Assembly (NCBI GenBank): GCA_965198115.1
Contig: OZ240241.1
Location: 7,200,001 to 7,264,000, forward strand
Length of the DNA stretch: 64,000 nucleotides
DNA from: Candidatus Latescibacterota bacterium
GTDB taxonomy: Bacteria > Latescibacterota > UBA2968
Reading direction: 5' to 3'
The notes under the pieces were generated by a model that worked only from the letters and a program-made list of their open reading frames with translations, was not told the DNA's origin and did not search any database. Every line of letters begins with the position of its first letter. Position 1 is the first letter of the stretch. The translations under genes were made by a program, and so were the position numbers. This document shows, piece after piece, positions 31,865 to 42,360 of this stretch.

Positions 31865-32202
31865 GGTCGTGCGGCGGTGGTTGGGGCGCGTGGGCGTCGA
31901 GACGCTTCTTTAATTGAGCCGGGCAGCCCGTGGGAGAACGCTACAACGAGAGCTTCAACGGCAAGCTCAGGGACGAGCTGTTGAACGGAGATCTTCTACT
32001 CGTTGGCGGAGGCGGCCGTGCTGGTCGAGCAATGGAGGCGCGAGTACAATACCGTCCGACCCCACAGCGCCTGCGGCGGCTTTCCCCCGGCCCCTGAGGC
32101 GATTAAGCCGTCGCCCTGGTTCCTGAGGATGCCCGTCCTTCACGGCCCTCCACAGGTGCTGGGACTAACATAGGATGTGGTACCGCTCTTGGGGGCAGGT
32201 CA
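31865..32202 (+). mobile_element. IS3-family remnant (transposase C-terminus and right end)
   Basis: Frameshifted IEPGSPWEN.YNESFNGKLRDELLN...WRREYNTVRPHSA; ends ...ggggcaggtca. Confidence 0.8.
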
Positions 32203-32326
32203 CGACCGCTCGACACCATCCATCAGATGCGGGCCATCGTCCGGGGGCTAGAGGGAGCCGCCATTGGGTCAGAAGCCTGCAAGCATCCAAAGCTGGAACG
32301 GATGACCGTTCAGGGGAAATGCCCCG

Positions 32327-32515
32327 ATGAACAAGGAGGGCGTGGTGAGTAAGAAACCCAAGAAGGCAAAACGGGGCCACCCTGTAGAATACCCTATGCC
32401 GGAGCCGATCCCGGACACGCCCGAAAACATCATGAAGGCGTTCCTGAAGACGCCGCCACGGAAGCGTGAGGAGTGGAAATTCTTTCAGGAACGGGACAAG
32501 AAACAGGCCCCGTAA
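32327..32515 (+). CDS. small hypothetical protein
   Basis: SD aaggaggg before GTG 32342/32345; PEPIPDTPENIMKAFLKTPP. Confidence 0.5.
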   Translation: MNKEGVVSKKPKKAKRGHPVEYPMPEPIPDTPENIMKAFLKTPPRKREEWKFFQERDKKQAP

Positions 32516-32569
32516 CCACCGGGGCCGTGGTTACGATTGGATATAACCCCATAACTTATCATCGCGGAG

Positions 32570-35176
32570 ATGAAGGAGATGCATTTGTCGTCATGCGCGC
32601 AGTTTTCGCACGTGCCGCCCTACGGCCGCCGCAGGCCCGCACTATTCCAGCTTGCCGCCGCCGTGGCGATTGCTGCGGCGCTGTTTGTGGCCCCTGCGCA
32701 GGGCACCGCCGTCCAGAGGGAGGCATCGGTAGCCAGCCATATCCCCGAGGCGGCGGTGGATCCGGTACGCCCCGTGGCCGTGATCGATCGGGAGGAGATC
32801 GCGCTGTCGGGCATGCGCACTGTCTCGGACCTGCTGGTGAGCCGACAACGTTTCAACAGCTTCGGCCTTCATCGGGTGCTGTTCTTGGGCAGCCGGGTCG
32901 CTTATCTGATCAATGGCCGCCGCATCTCCGATTCCACCCTCCATCTCTCCACCCTGCCGACATCGGCGGTGGAGCGCATCGAGATCCTGAGCGGCAGCGC
33001 CGCCGCGCTGCACGGTGGGCACGCCATCGCCGGTGCGATCAACATCGTGCTCAGGCGCGGCGACGAGGGTGTCGAGGCTTCGGCGTTCGCCAGCCGGCCA
33101 ACGGACGCGGGCGGCGATACGGAGGAGGGCAGCACCTCGTGGGGAGGCGGGGTCGGCCAAGGCCACATGACCGTCGCTGTGGACGTCTTCCGACGTGAGG
33201 AAATTCCCGACGCGGCGCGGGAGCACAGCCGCGCCAAGTGGACGCTGGGTGGCACGTTCGCCGATGCGTCCGGCGTTTCCGTGGGCGGCAACACCGTCTT
33301 CATCGCGACCAGGAGCTATGACGATAACGGCGACGTCACCGCCACTCACGTTCCCGGCGTCGTGAGCCGTTCGATCGCGCGCCCCCTCGGCGACTGTCCC
33401 GGTCGCATGTACACCGGCGTGCTCGCTGATCCCCTCGGCAGTCCAGGCACAGGTTGTGGCTTCGCCTACGCCGACATTTCGTGGGCCATGGCACGGTATG
33501 GGCGGGAAAGCCTATTCCTCACCCTCGATCATCCGCTCGGCGACGGCGCCGACGCCTATCTCGATATCCGGGTTGCAAGGGACGAAACGCTGGAGCGCTA
33601 TGCTCCTTCGGTCGGCACCTTCTCCGTTTCGTCGGAGACACTCACGGACCATCTGCTGCCCGATCCCGAGATCGACTCGCTTCCCGAGACCCTTCGCGTG
33701 TCCCATCGCTTCCTCGGCCACGGCAACCGAGAGTGGCTTACGACGCTGGACGAATATGACGTCGCGCTCGGCCTGAAGGGGCAGTTCGCGGACGGCATCG
33801 GCTATGACGTGCACCTTCGCTACTACCGCCACGACGCCGTCATCGACGGCACTACCTTCGTGAGCGGGAGCGCCATTCAGCAGGTCATCGACGAGGAGCG
33901 TTATGACCTCGTTAACCCGCTCTCTCCGGCCAACCTTGACGCGATCCGAGAGACTGCACTGCGCCTGACCCGCGATCGGGTGACGGACCACAGGACGGTC
34001 CGCGCCTCCGTGGACGGACCAATGTTCGCGCTCGCCGGCGGCGAGGCGCGATGGGCGGCAGGCGCCGAGTTTATCGCCGAGGACTGGCGCGATGTCCATG
34101 CCTATCGGGACCGTTCCGGCCGTTCCTATGACGCGAGAGACGTGCTCGGGGCCGGTGGGATCCAGGCGTCTGGCGAGCGGCAGCGCTGGTCGGGTTTCGG
34201 GGAGGTGTCGCTGCCGGTGCGTGACGATTGGGATGTCACGCTCGCAGGGCGGGGCGACGATCATGACGATGTCGGCGCTACCTATTCCCACCAACTTGCG
34301 AGCCGGTTTCGCCTGCACGATGCCCTGACGCTGCGGGGCTCCTGGGACAGAGGCTCCAGGCCGCCCAGTCTGTACGAACTGCATCTGCGCAGCTCGAACG
34401 ATTTTCCGTGGGTTTGCGACAGGAAGACTCATAGGGGGGCGCTGGAGACCTGCCCCGTAGAGCAGGTCGTGCAGGTGAGTAGCGGCAATCCGAACGTGGA
34501 GCCGGACGAAGCCGAGAGCGTCAGCCTCGGCGCCGTGATCGGACTGGGGCCGCTATCCCTGAGCGCGGACTGGTTCCGGATCGCGCTTTCCGCCGTGCCG
34601 GCTCGATTGTCCCCGCAGTCGATCATGGATCTCGAGGCGAGGGGAGCGTTGCCGCCCGGTGCGGCGGTGATACGCACCCAAGAGGGTAAGATCGAGCGGA
34701 TCGATAGCCCGATCGTCAACAGCGGGGGGACCGATGCGTCGGGTGTCGATGTGCGGGCGCGGCTCGACTGGGACGCCCCTTGGGCAGACCTGGTGCTGGA
34801 TACCCGCTGGCTGCGCATGACCCAGCAAGAGACCCGGGTGGCCGGCGAGCTTCAGCCGGGCGACTACCCGCGCGACCGTATTCATGGATCGCTTCGCGCG
34901 AGCCGAGGCGGCCTCACTGCGAGCTGGAGCACATATTCGGTTTCGGGCTACTGGAACGTGCGCCGGACCGGCCGCTTCGACGGCTGGATGGGCCACGACA
35001 TCACCGTCCGCTGGCGCGATCCCTTCGGCCTGAGCAGGATGGACCTCACCGGGGGCGTACTCAATATCGCGGCCCGAGGCCCTTCCATCGATCCCACGGA
35101 CCCCGATGCCGCGGACGTGAGTCTGGACTCGGGGCGGGGGCGCACGATCTTCCTGACCGCCACGATGTCGTGGTGA
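32570..35176 (+). CDS. TonB-dependent receptor
   Basis: Signal peptide; plug motifs YLINGRR and AVERIEIL...HGGHAIAGAINIV; barrel ending in W. Confidence 0.9.
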   Translation: MKEMHLSSCAQFSHVPPYGRRRPALFQLAAAVAIAAALFVAPAQGTAVQREASVASHIPEAAVDPVRPVAVIDREEIALSGMRTVSDLLVSRQRFNSFGLHRVLFLGSRVAYLINGRRISDSTLHLSTLPTSAVERIEILSGSAAALHGGHAIAGAINIVLRRGDEGVEASAFASRPTDAGGDTEEGSTSWGGGVGQGHMTVAVDVFRREEIPDAAREHSRAKWTLGGTFADASGVSVGGNTVFIATRSYDDNGDVTATHVPGVVSRSIARPLGDCPGRMYTGVLADPLGSPGTGCGFAYADISWAMARYGRESLFLTLDHPLGDGADAYLDIRVARDETLERYAPSVGTFSVSSETLTDHLLPDPEIDSLPETLRVSHRFLGHGNREWLTTLDEYDVALGLKGQFADGIGYDVHLRYYRHDAVIDGTTFVSGSAIQQVIDEERYDLVNPLSPANLDAIRETALRLTRDRVTDHRTVRASVDGPMFALAGGEARWAAGAEFIAEDWRDVHAYRDRSGRSYDARDVLGAGGIQASGERQRWSGFGEVSLPVRDDWDVTLAGRGDDHDDVGATYSHQLASRFRLHDALTLRGSWDRGSRPPSLYELHLRSSNDFPWVCDRKTHRGALETCPVEQVVQVSSGNPNVEPDEAESVSLGAVIGLGPLSLSADWFRIALSAVPARLSPQSIMDLEARGALPPGAAVIRTQEGKIERIDSPIVNSGGTDASGVDVRARLDWDAPWADLVLDTRWLRMTQQETRVAGELQPGDYPRDRIHGSLRASRGGLTASWSTYSVSGYWNVRRTGRFDGWMGHDITVRWRDPFGLSRMDLTGGVLNIAARGPSIDPTDPDAADVSLDSGRGRTIFLTATMSW

Positions 35177-35845
35177 GGGAAGTACAGGCCGTCTGTGCCG
35201 GTTGGCGACGCGCTACGTGGTTTTGGGAACCGCCAAGGGCGGGTCGCCTACCGGTTACATGTACGCTTGGGCCTCTTTGAAGGCAGAGTTCCCAAGCTAC
35301 CGAGGGCAGCATGATGACCGAGAAGCCCGAGACGTTAGCGGAGGAGCTACACCGGATCGTTCAGGACAGGATCCCGGAGGACATGGTGCGTCAGATGATG
35401 CGGCCACCACCGAAGGACAACGGTCCCGTCAAGCATTCTGTGTAATCCCCTATATTATCCCGTATATTCTTAGCGCGATCACATGGGAACCTACGGTACG
35501 TTGGCGGAACCCGTGACAGGTGCGACCTTGGACGCCGCAGGCGTCGCGAGGGGCTGAGAAAGACCACGCAGATGACGATCCGGCGATGCCGAATGTTGCA
35601 TTTCGTCACCACAGCGCGGGCGTTCGCGAACGTACTGGTGGCGGGAATGAGGCAATCTCGAAGTACGGCGCGCCCGGTGACGTCCGGGGAGCGGGGTTGA
35701 GACGGAGCCATCTCAACTCAGCAGCCGAAGACAGCCGCCCGGGACGTTAGACACCTCTTGACCCGGCTTCCCTTGGGGGGGTCAGGGCCCGAGAATTCAC
35801 CGAGAGCCTGTCCCCCCGGGCCCAGTCCCGATTCGGGGCCGTTCT

Positions 35846-36296
35846 CTACGCTGGCCGCCGGATCTGGATGGTCCGGCCCTTCGACTCGGCGCCTTCGGCA
35901 TGCGCATGTGGAGCACGCCGTCCTCGAAGGCTGCCGAGATCTCGTCCGCGGAGACGGTGCGCGGGAGCGTAAAGGAGCGGTGGAAGCTCCCGAACTGCCG
36001 CTCCCACACGTGGTAGCGTCCGCCCTCTCCGTTCTCCTTGCGGGTCTCATCCTTCTGCCCCCGGATCGTGAGGACGTCGTTCTCGAGCTCGATCTCGACG
36101 TTCTCCTCGGTGAGCCCGGGAAGCTCCGCGGTCAGAAGCAGTTCGTTCTTCGTCTCCTCCACGTTGACCGCGGGCAGCCAGCTGGCGGCCTCCGCCTTGG
36201 GAAGCGCGGACTCGCCAAAGAGGCGATCCCACCGGCGCGTCATCTGATCCAGCGCCCTCCTGGCGCCACGCTGTGGCGATACCGTGTGATTGCCAT
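35846..36296 (-). pseudogene. Hsp20/alpha-crystallin small heat-shock protein (two frameshifts)
   Basis: WLPAVNVEET, AELPGL, ERQFGSFHRSFTLP, FEDGVL; SD gagg before ATG 36296. Confidence 0.85.
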
Positions 36297-36404
36297 GATT
36301 CCTCTCTCCTGCCTTGATGCCGGTGATCGGCATTGATGTGAACGCGCATGCTTCGACCCCCCGGAACGGGGGGCGAAGCAGCCAACAACCGAACGCTTGA
36401 GGGG

Positions 36405-36420
36405 GCAGGATCCGTGCCAA
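36405..36420 (-). promoter_or_regulatory. candidate sigma-54 promoter for hsp20
   Basis: TTGGCACGGATCCTGC fits GG-N10-GC (-24/-12). Confidence 0.55.
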
Positions 36421-36649
36421 TGGAGAGCACCCGAGACTCTGCCAAATCGTCTCTCCACAATGACTTAATGACCTCCCCAGATCCGTGTAGACATCTGTAC
36501 CTGTCACTTTGGCCGATTCGGGCGGCCCGGGTTCCGCAGGCGAGGTGGCCCCTGAGGGTCGGTGCCCCGCCCTGCGCGCACTCCCGGGCCGCTTCGGCGT
36601 CGCGCCGGCGGCGGCGGAAGACGACGCGATTGCCGGAAAGAAAGGCGAA

Positions 36650-37093
36650 CGTCCGGCCGGCGGCCGAGGCTCTGCTAGCAGCCCATCGGGAACTCGGGGA
36701 GCAAGGCTTTGGCCTACTCATCTTCGATGCTTATCGTCCATGGTACGTCACTTGGATGTTCTGGGAGGGGACGCCCAAGGATCTCCGGGACTTCGTGGCC
36801 GATCCGGCGTCCGGATCGCGGCATAACCGCGGGCGGCGGTGGATCTGACGCTCTACGACTGGAATCGGGCCGGCCCGTGGACATGGGAAGCGGCTACGAC
36901 GAGTTCACCGAGCGCTCCTACCCCGACTATCCGGGCCTGAGCGTGCGGGAGCGGGAGAACAGGAACCGCCTCAGAACGGCGATGGAGAAGCAGGGATTCA
37001 CGATCTATCCTTACGAGTGGTGGCCACTTCGACTACCGGGCCTGGTCCGACTATCCGATCCTGAATCTGACCTTCGAAGAACTCGAAGATTGA
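36650..37093 (+). pseudogene. D-Ala-D-Ala dipeptidase (M15D, VanX-like), 5'-truncated and frameshifted
   Basis: IFDAYRPW, SRHNRG..VDLTL, DMGSGYDEF, YEWW.FDY. Confidence 0.85.
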
Positions 37094-37236
37094 CGACCGT
37101 CGACCCGAGGGTGAGTCCGCCCCCGCGACCGGGAATCTAAGGGAGAAAGGGCACCGTTGTGCGAGAGCGGCGCGAGGGTGGGACAACTCAGGGGGGGACA
37201 ACTCTAAGCAGTGAGCTGCGGGAGGGAATCCGCAGG

Positions 37237-38361
37237 ATGCGGCCAACACGCCAGCCGCCCGACGGTCCTGACCATGTCGAGTTCGAACGTGTCACCAAGA
37301 GCTTCGACGGGCGGACTGAGGTCGTAAGCGACCTCGACCTGACGGTCCAAAAGGGCGAGTTCCTCACGCTGCTCGGCCCCTCTGGGTCGGGCAAGACGAC
37401 CTGCCTGATGATGCTCGCCGGATTCGAGGAGCCGACCTCGGGCACGATCCGCATCGACGGCCGGGCCATGAACGAGGTGGCGCCCCGGCGCCGGGGCATC
37501 GGCATGGTGTTCCAGAACTACGCGCTGTTTCCTCACATGACCGTAGGCGGGAACCTGTCGTTTCCGCTCGAGGTGCGCGGGCTCGATCCTGCGGCTCGCC
37601 GCGAGCGGGTCGGCCGCGCCCTGGAGCTGGTGCGGCTCGAGGGGCTCGAGCACCGGCGGCCGAGCCAGCTCTCGGGTGGCCAGCAGCAGAGGGTGGCCAT
37701 TGCCCGAGCGCTGGTGTTCGAGCCCGAGCTCGTGCTGATGGACGAGCCGCTCGGCGCGCTCGACCGGCGGCTAAGGGAGGAGCTGCAGTACGAGATCCGC
37801 CGCATCCACGCCGACCTGGGCGTCACGGTCCTCTACGTCACGCACGACCAGAACGAGGCGATGGTCATGTCGGACCGCGTCGCGGTCTTCCGGGCCGGCC
37901 GCATCGAGCAGGCCGCCTCGCCCGAAACGCTCTACGAGGAGCCGGAGCGCTCATTCGTCGCTCGCTTCATCGGCGAGAACAACCACCTGGCCGGCAAGGT
38001 CATGGCCGTCCGGGACGAGATATGCGACGTCGACGTCGGCGGCCGGATCGTCCAGGCGTTCCGCGTCGCCGAATGCGGCCCCGGCGACCGCACGACGATC
38101 TCGATCAGGCCCGAGCGGGTCGCCATCGCGCCGACGCCGGGCCTCTACACCAACGAGTTCGACGCCCGCCTCGAGGACATCACGTTTCTGGGCGACCATC
38201 TTCGCTTGAGAGTCGATGTCTGCGGCCACTCGGACTTCATCGTCAAGATTCCCAACATGGTCGGCCACGGCGCTGTTCTGGAAGGCGACCGCGTCCGCAT
38301 CGGCTGGACCCCGACCGACTGCAGGGTGCTCGACCCCGAAGACGAGGAGGACACGCCATGA
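37237..38361 (+). CDS. polyamine-type ABC importer ATP-binding subunit (PotA-like)
   Basis: GPSGSGKTT, VFQNYALFPHMTV, LSGGQQQR, MDEPLGALD, TOBE-like tail; start uncertain. Confidence 0.92.
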   Translation: MRPTRQPPDGPDHVEFERVTKSFDGRTEVVSDLDLTVQKGEFLTLLGPSGSGKTTCLMMLAGFEEPTSGTIRIDGRAMNEVAPRRRGIGMVFQNYALFPHMTVGGNLSFPLEVRGLDPAARRERVGRALELVRLEGLEHRRPSQLSGGQQQRVAIARALVFEPELVLMDEPLGALDRRLREELQYEIRRIHADLGVTVLYVTHDQNEAMVMSDRVAVFRAGRIEQAASPETLYEEPERSFVARFIGENNHLAGKVMAVRDEICDVDVGGRIVQAFRVAECGPGDRTTISIRPERVAIAPTPGLYTNEFDARLEDITFLGDHLRLRVDVCGHSDFIVKIPNMVGHGAVLEGDRVRIGWTPTDCRVLDPEDEEDTP

Positions 38362-39449
38362 CAGGCAAACACGGATGGACCATCGGTGCGGCCGCCATCG
38401 CGGCCCTGGCCCTGGGCTGCGGCGGTGAGCCCGCGGACTCGCTGACCGTCGTTTCCTGGGGCGGCTCCTACGGCGAGGCCATCAGGAAGGGTTACCTCGA
38501 GCCCTTCATGGCCGAGACCGGCATCGAGGTGCGCTTGGAGGACTACAACGGCGGCCTGGCCCAGGTGCGCGCCCAGGTCGAGTCGGGCAACGTGCACTGG
38601 GACATCGTCGACCTTGAAATTGCCGACGCGGTCAGCGGCTGCGACGAGGGCCTGCTCGAGAGGATCGACGCCGGCTCTCTCCCGCCCGCTCCCGACGGCA
38701 CGCCGGCCGTCGACGACTTCCTTCCCGAGACGCTCTTGGAATGCAGCGTGGGCATGGTGCTCTATTCCACCGTCTACGCCTACAACGACGCGCGTACGCC
38801 GGGCGAGAAGCCCCGGACGATCGAGGACTTCTTCGATCTGGAGCGCTTTCCCGGCCGCCGCGGGATGCGCCGCACACCTCTCGTCAATCTGGAGTTCGCG
38901 CTGATGGCTGACGGCGTGCCCCTCGAAGAGGTGTACGCCGTGCTCGACACGCCCGAGGGGGTGGAGCGGGCCTTGGGCAAGCTCGACGCCATCAAGGATG
39001 AGGTGGTGTGGTGGGAGGCCGGGGCGCAGCCGCCGCAGATGCTCGCCGACGGCGAGGTGGCGATGACGACGGCCTACAACGGCCGCATCTTCAACGCCCA
39101 GGTGCTCGAGAGCCAGCCGTTTGTGATCGTCTGGGACGGCCAGGTGCTCGATACGGGCCAGCTGGGCATCGTCGCCGGCACCAGAAGCCTCGAGGCCGCG
39201 CTCGAGTTGGTCCGCTTTGCCACCACCGCGGAGTCGATGGCCGCCGTCGGCGGCCACATCGCCTACAGCCCCGCCAGACGGTCGGGTCTGCCGCTCGTGG
39301 GGACGCACGTCGAGACCGGCGTCGACATGAATCCCCACATGCCGACGCACCCGGATAACATGGTGCGAGTTCTACAGAGCGACTGGCTGTGGTGGAGCGA
39401 CCACATGGACGAGATGAACGAGCGGTTCAGCGCCTGGCTGGCGCAGTGA
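38358..39449 (+). CDS. polyamine-type ABC substrate-binding lipoprotein
   Basis: SD gaggagg + ATG 38358; lipobox LALGC; LTVVSWGGSY. Confidence 0.9.
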   Translation: MTGKHGWTIGAAAIAALALGCGGEPADSLTVVSWGGSYGEAIRKGYLEPFMAETGIEVRLEDYNGGLAQVRAQVESGNVHWDIVDLEIADAVSGCDEGLLERIDAGSLPPAPDGTPAVDDFLPETLLECSVGMVLYSTVYAYNDARTPGEKPRTIEDFFDLERFPGRRGMRRTPLVNLEFALMADGVPLEEVYAVLDTPEGVERALGKLDAIKDEVVWWEAGAQPPQMLADGEVAMTTAYNGRIFNAQVLESQPFVIVWDGQVLDTGQLGIVAGTRSLEAALELVRFATTAESMAAVGGHIAYSPARRSGLPLVGTHVETGVDMNPHMPTHPDNMVRVLQSDWLWWSDHMDEMNERFSAWLAQ

Positions 39450-40630
39450 TCCGAGCGCGGCTCAGGGCCGGTGGGCTGGTCCTGCCGCTCGCGGCGTTCA
39501 TCGCGGTCACGTTCGCCCTGCCGGTAGCGACGATGCTCGTCAGGAGCGTCTACGATCCGACGGTGGCGGACGTCATGCCCCAGACGCTGGCCCTGCTCGG
39601 CGAGTGGGACGGCCGGGAGCCGCCCCCCGAGGCCGTTTACGCCGCGGCCGCCACGGAGCTCTCGCGCGCGGCGGACGAAGGAACGCTCGGCCGCGTCGCC
39701 ACGCGGATCAACCGAGTGCAGGGCGGCCTCAGGAGCGTCCTGGTCCGGACGGCGCGCGAGCTCCGTGACATGCCGGCCGGCGCGGGGCCGGAGGCGTTCC
39801 TCGACATCGACCCCGAGTGGAGCGATCCGGGGACTTGGCGCGCCGTCCGCACGGCCGGCGATCGGCTGACGGCGCGCCACTACCTGCACGCCGTCGATCT
39901 GGACCGAGCGCCCGACGGCTCTATCGAGCTCCGCCCGGCGGACGAGCGTATCTACGTGCGGCTGTTCGGGCGCACGTTCGCCGTCAGCCTAGCCGTCACG
40001 GTGTTCTGCCTGTTCCTGGGCTATCCCATCGCCTACCTGATCGCGCACGCCCCCGTGCGGCGCGCCGGTTGGCTGCTCGCGCTCGTGCTCGTGCCGTTCT
40101 GGACGTCGCTCTTGGTCCGCACCACGTCGTGGATCGTCCTGCTGCAGACGCAGGGCGTCATCAACGACCTGCTCGTCTGGGCCGGGCTGGTCGCCGACGA
40201 CGGACGCATCGCCTTGGTCCACAACATGACCGGCACGCTCGTGGCCATGACCCACATCCTGCTCCCGTTCATGGTCCTGCCCCTCTACTCGGTGATGCGC
40301 TCCATCCCCCGGCGGCAGATGGCCGCGGCCGCCTCGCTGGGCGCCGGCTTCCCCCGGGCCTTTTGGCGCGTCTACTGGCCCCAGACCGTGCCGGGCGTCG
40401 GCGCCGGCTCGCTGCTGGTCTTCATCCTGGCCATCGGCTACTACATCACCCCGGCGCTCGTGGGCGGCCAGAGCGGCCAGCTGATCTCGAACTTCATCGC
40501 CTACCACATGCAGACCTCCCTGAACTGGGGACTGGCGAGCGCGCTGGGCGGGATCCTGCTCCTGTCGGTGGCGGCGCTTTACCTCGTCTACGACCGGGTG
40601 GTCGGGGTGGAGCGGATGAGGCTGGGATGA
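39446..40630 (+). CDS. ABC permease (PotB-like)
   Basis: LGYPIAY, PFWTSLLVRTTSW, LPFMVLPLY; coupled GTGA start. Confidence 0.9.
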   Translation: MIRARLRAGGLVLPLAAFIAVTFALPVATMLVRSVYDPTVADVMPQTLALLGEWDGREPPPEAVYAAAATELSRAADEGTLGRVATRINRVQGGLRSVLVRTARELRDMPAGAGPEAFLDIDPEWSDPGTWRAVRTAGDRLTARHYLHAVDLDRAPDGSIELRPADERIYVRLFGRTFAVSLAVTVFCLFLGYPIAYLIAHAPVRRAGWLLALVLVPFWTSLLVRTTSWIVLLQTQGVINDLLVWAGLVADDGRIALVHNMTGTLVAMTHILLPFMVLPLYSVMRSIPRRQMAAAASLGAGFPRAFWRVYWPQTVPGVGAGSLLVFILAIGYYITPALVGGQSGQLISNFIAYHMQTSLNWGLASALGGILLLSVAALYLVYDRVVGVERMRLG

Positions 40631-41460
40631 GGGCGGAGGGGCTCGGTGCCCGCGCGGGGCGCGCGGCCTACCTCGCGGCCTGCGTAGGGATTTTCGCGTT
40701 CCTGCTCGTGCCGCTGGTGGTCATGGTGCCGCTCAGCTTCAACGTCGAGCCGTACTTCACGTTCACCGAGGGCATGCTGCGCCTCGACGCCGAGGCGTTC
40801 TCGCTCCGCTGGTACCGCCAGGTGGCCAGCGACCCGGTGTGGCGGCGCGCCCTCGCGAACAGCCTGTTCATCGGCACGGCGGCCACCCTGCTGGCGACCG
40901 CCCTGGGCACGCTGGCGGCCCTCGGGCTCGCGAGCCGCGCCATGCCGGCGCGCCGCCTCGCGATGGGGCTCCTCCTCTCGCCGATGGTCACGCCGCTCGT
41001 CATCTCGGCGACCGGCATGTTTTTCTTCTACTCGGCGCTCGGCCTCGCGCAGACCCACCTGGGATTGATCCTGACCCACGCGGCTCTCGGCACGCCGTTC
41101 GTCGTCATCACCGTAACCGCCACTCTCGCATCCTTCGACCGCAACCTGACGCGTGCCGCCAACGGGTTGGGGGCTGGCCCGTGGCGCACGTTCCGCCGAG
41201 TGGAGCTGCCGCTGATCGCACCCGGCGTCGTCTCGGGTGCGCTGTTCGCCTTCGCCGTCTCGTTCGACGAAGTGGTGGTGGTGCTGTTCATGGCCAGCGA
41301 GGCGCAGCGCACGATCCCGCGCCAGATGTGGGCCGGCGTGCGCGAGCAGATCAGCCCTGCGATCCTGGCCGTGGCGACCTTCCTGATCGGCTTCGCCGTG
41401 CTGCTGCTGTGCACCGTGGAGTGGCTCCGCCGCCGCGCCGGAGCCGGGGCGGCCGCCTAG
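40627..41460 (+). CDS. ABC permease (PotC-like)
   Basis: FSLRWY, SGALFAFAVSFDEVVV; coupled ATGA start. Confidence 0.9.
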   Translation: MRAEGLGARAGRAAYLAACVGIFAFLLVPLVVMVPLSFNVEPYFTFTEGMLRLDAEAFSLRWYRQVASDPVWRRALANSLFIGTAATLLATALGTLAALGLASRAMPARRLAMGLLLSPMVTPLVISATGMFFFYSALGLAQTHLGLILTHAALGTPFVVITVTATLASFDRNLTRAANGLGAGPWRTFRRVELPLIAPGVVSGALFAFAVSFDEVVVVLFMASEAQRTIPRQMWAGVREQISPAILAVATFLIGFAVLLLCTVEWLRRRAGAGAAA

Positions 41461-41664
41461 CCGGCACGGCCGGGCGGCGCCATCCCTCGTAGGCGACTCC
41501 GGGGGGCTGGCAAGCGCCGATACAAGAATCTCTCGGGGTCGTGACAGCCGGCCTGCTACATTCTCGCACGCGGCATAGGAACGACTCAAGGCCTCCGGAC
41601 GGCGGGCCCGATCGCGTGCTCGGGAGGCCCCGGGAAAGGACGCTTTACGCCAGGGCCAGGCCCC

Positions 41665-42283
41665 GTGATCGGCGTTGTTAAGGATTTCCACACCCGCTCG
41701 CTTCGCGAGAAGATCAGTCCCTTTGCGATCGTTCTCCGTCCGTATCAGTTCCGTAGCCTGGCTTTCAAGATCCGTCCAGATGCACTTGAGGAATCCGCCG
41801 ACTTTCTAGAAGAGACGTGGAACCGATTTCTCCCGGAGCGCCCGTTTACGTTCTACTTCCTGGATGAAGATTTCGATCGCCTCTACCGGCAAGAAATGAA
41901 GATGACTCAAATATTCGGCGCGTTTGCGATGCTGGCCATTCTTGTGGCTTGTCTGGGGCTTTTTGGTCTGGCTGCCTTTATGGCTGAGCGGCGGACGAAG
42001 GAGATCGGTGTTCGAAAGGTACTGGGCGCTTCAGTGGCAGGTATAACGCTCCTGTCGAGAAGAATTTGTCCAGCTGGTTGTGATGGCGAATGTTATCGCG
42101 TGGCCGATCGCCTACTTTGCGATGCACTACTGGCTTCAGGACTATGCATATCGCATTTCGCCAAGTCCGGTTGTCTTTGTCGCGAGTGGTGGGCTTGTGT
42201 TGGCGATTGCGCTTGCGTCTGTTTCCTATCAGGCCAGACAGGCGGCAACGACGGATCCGATCGAAGCGCTTCGAGCCGAATAG
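41665..42283 (+). pseudogene. MacB/FtsX-like ABC permease, C-terminal fragment
   Basis: IGVVKDFH, ACLGLFGL, RRTKEIGVRKVLGAS, DPIEALRAE; 5' part missing; frameshift near 42055. Confidence 0.85.
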
Positions 42284-42360
42284 CAGCGAGAAGATCGATA
42301 ACTTCCAAGCGTCTGAGGATTGACGGCGCTCAGCAGGGTACCCGGCTGGACCGCCGCTAG

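Noticed and set aside
35324-35752. Integron attC sites (two cccg.gacgttag motifs)
   Set aside because: No matching RYYYAAC arm or hairpin, and no integrase.
36420-36446. CIRCE operator upstream of hsp20
   Set aside because: Arms and spacing do not fit TTAGCACTC-N9-GAGTGCTAA.
25735-41691. Long Arg/Gly/Pro-rich alternative-frame and antisense ORFs
   Set aside because: Shadow ORFs of high-GC genes with no recognisable motifs.
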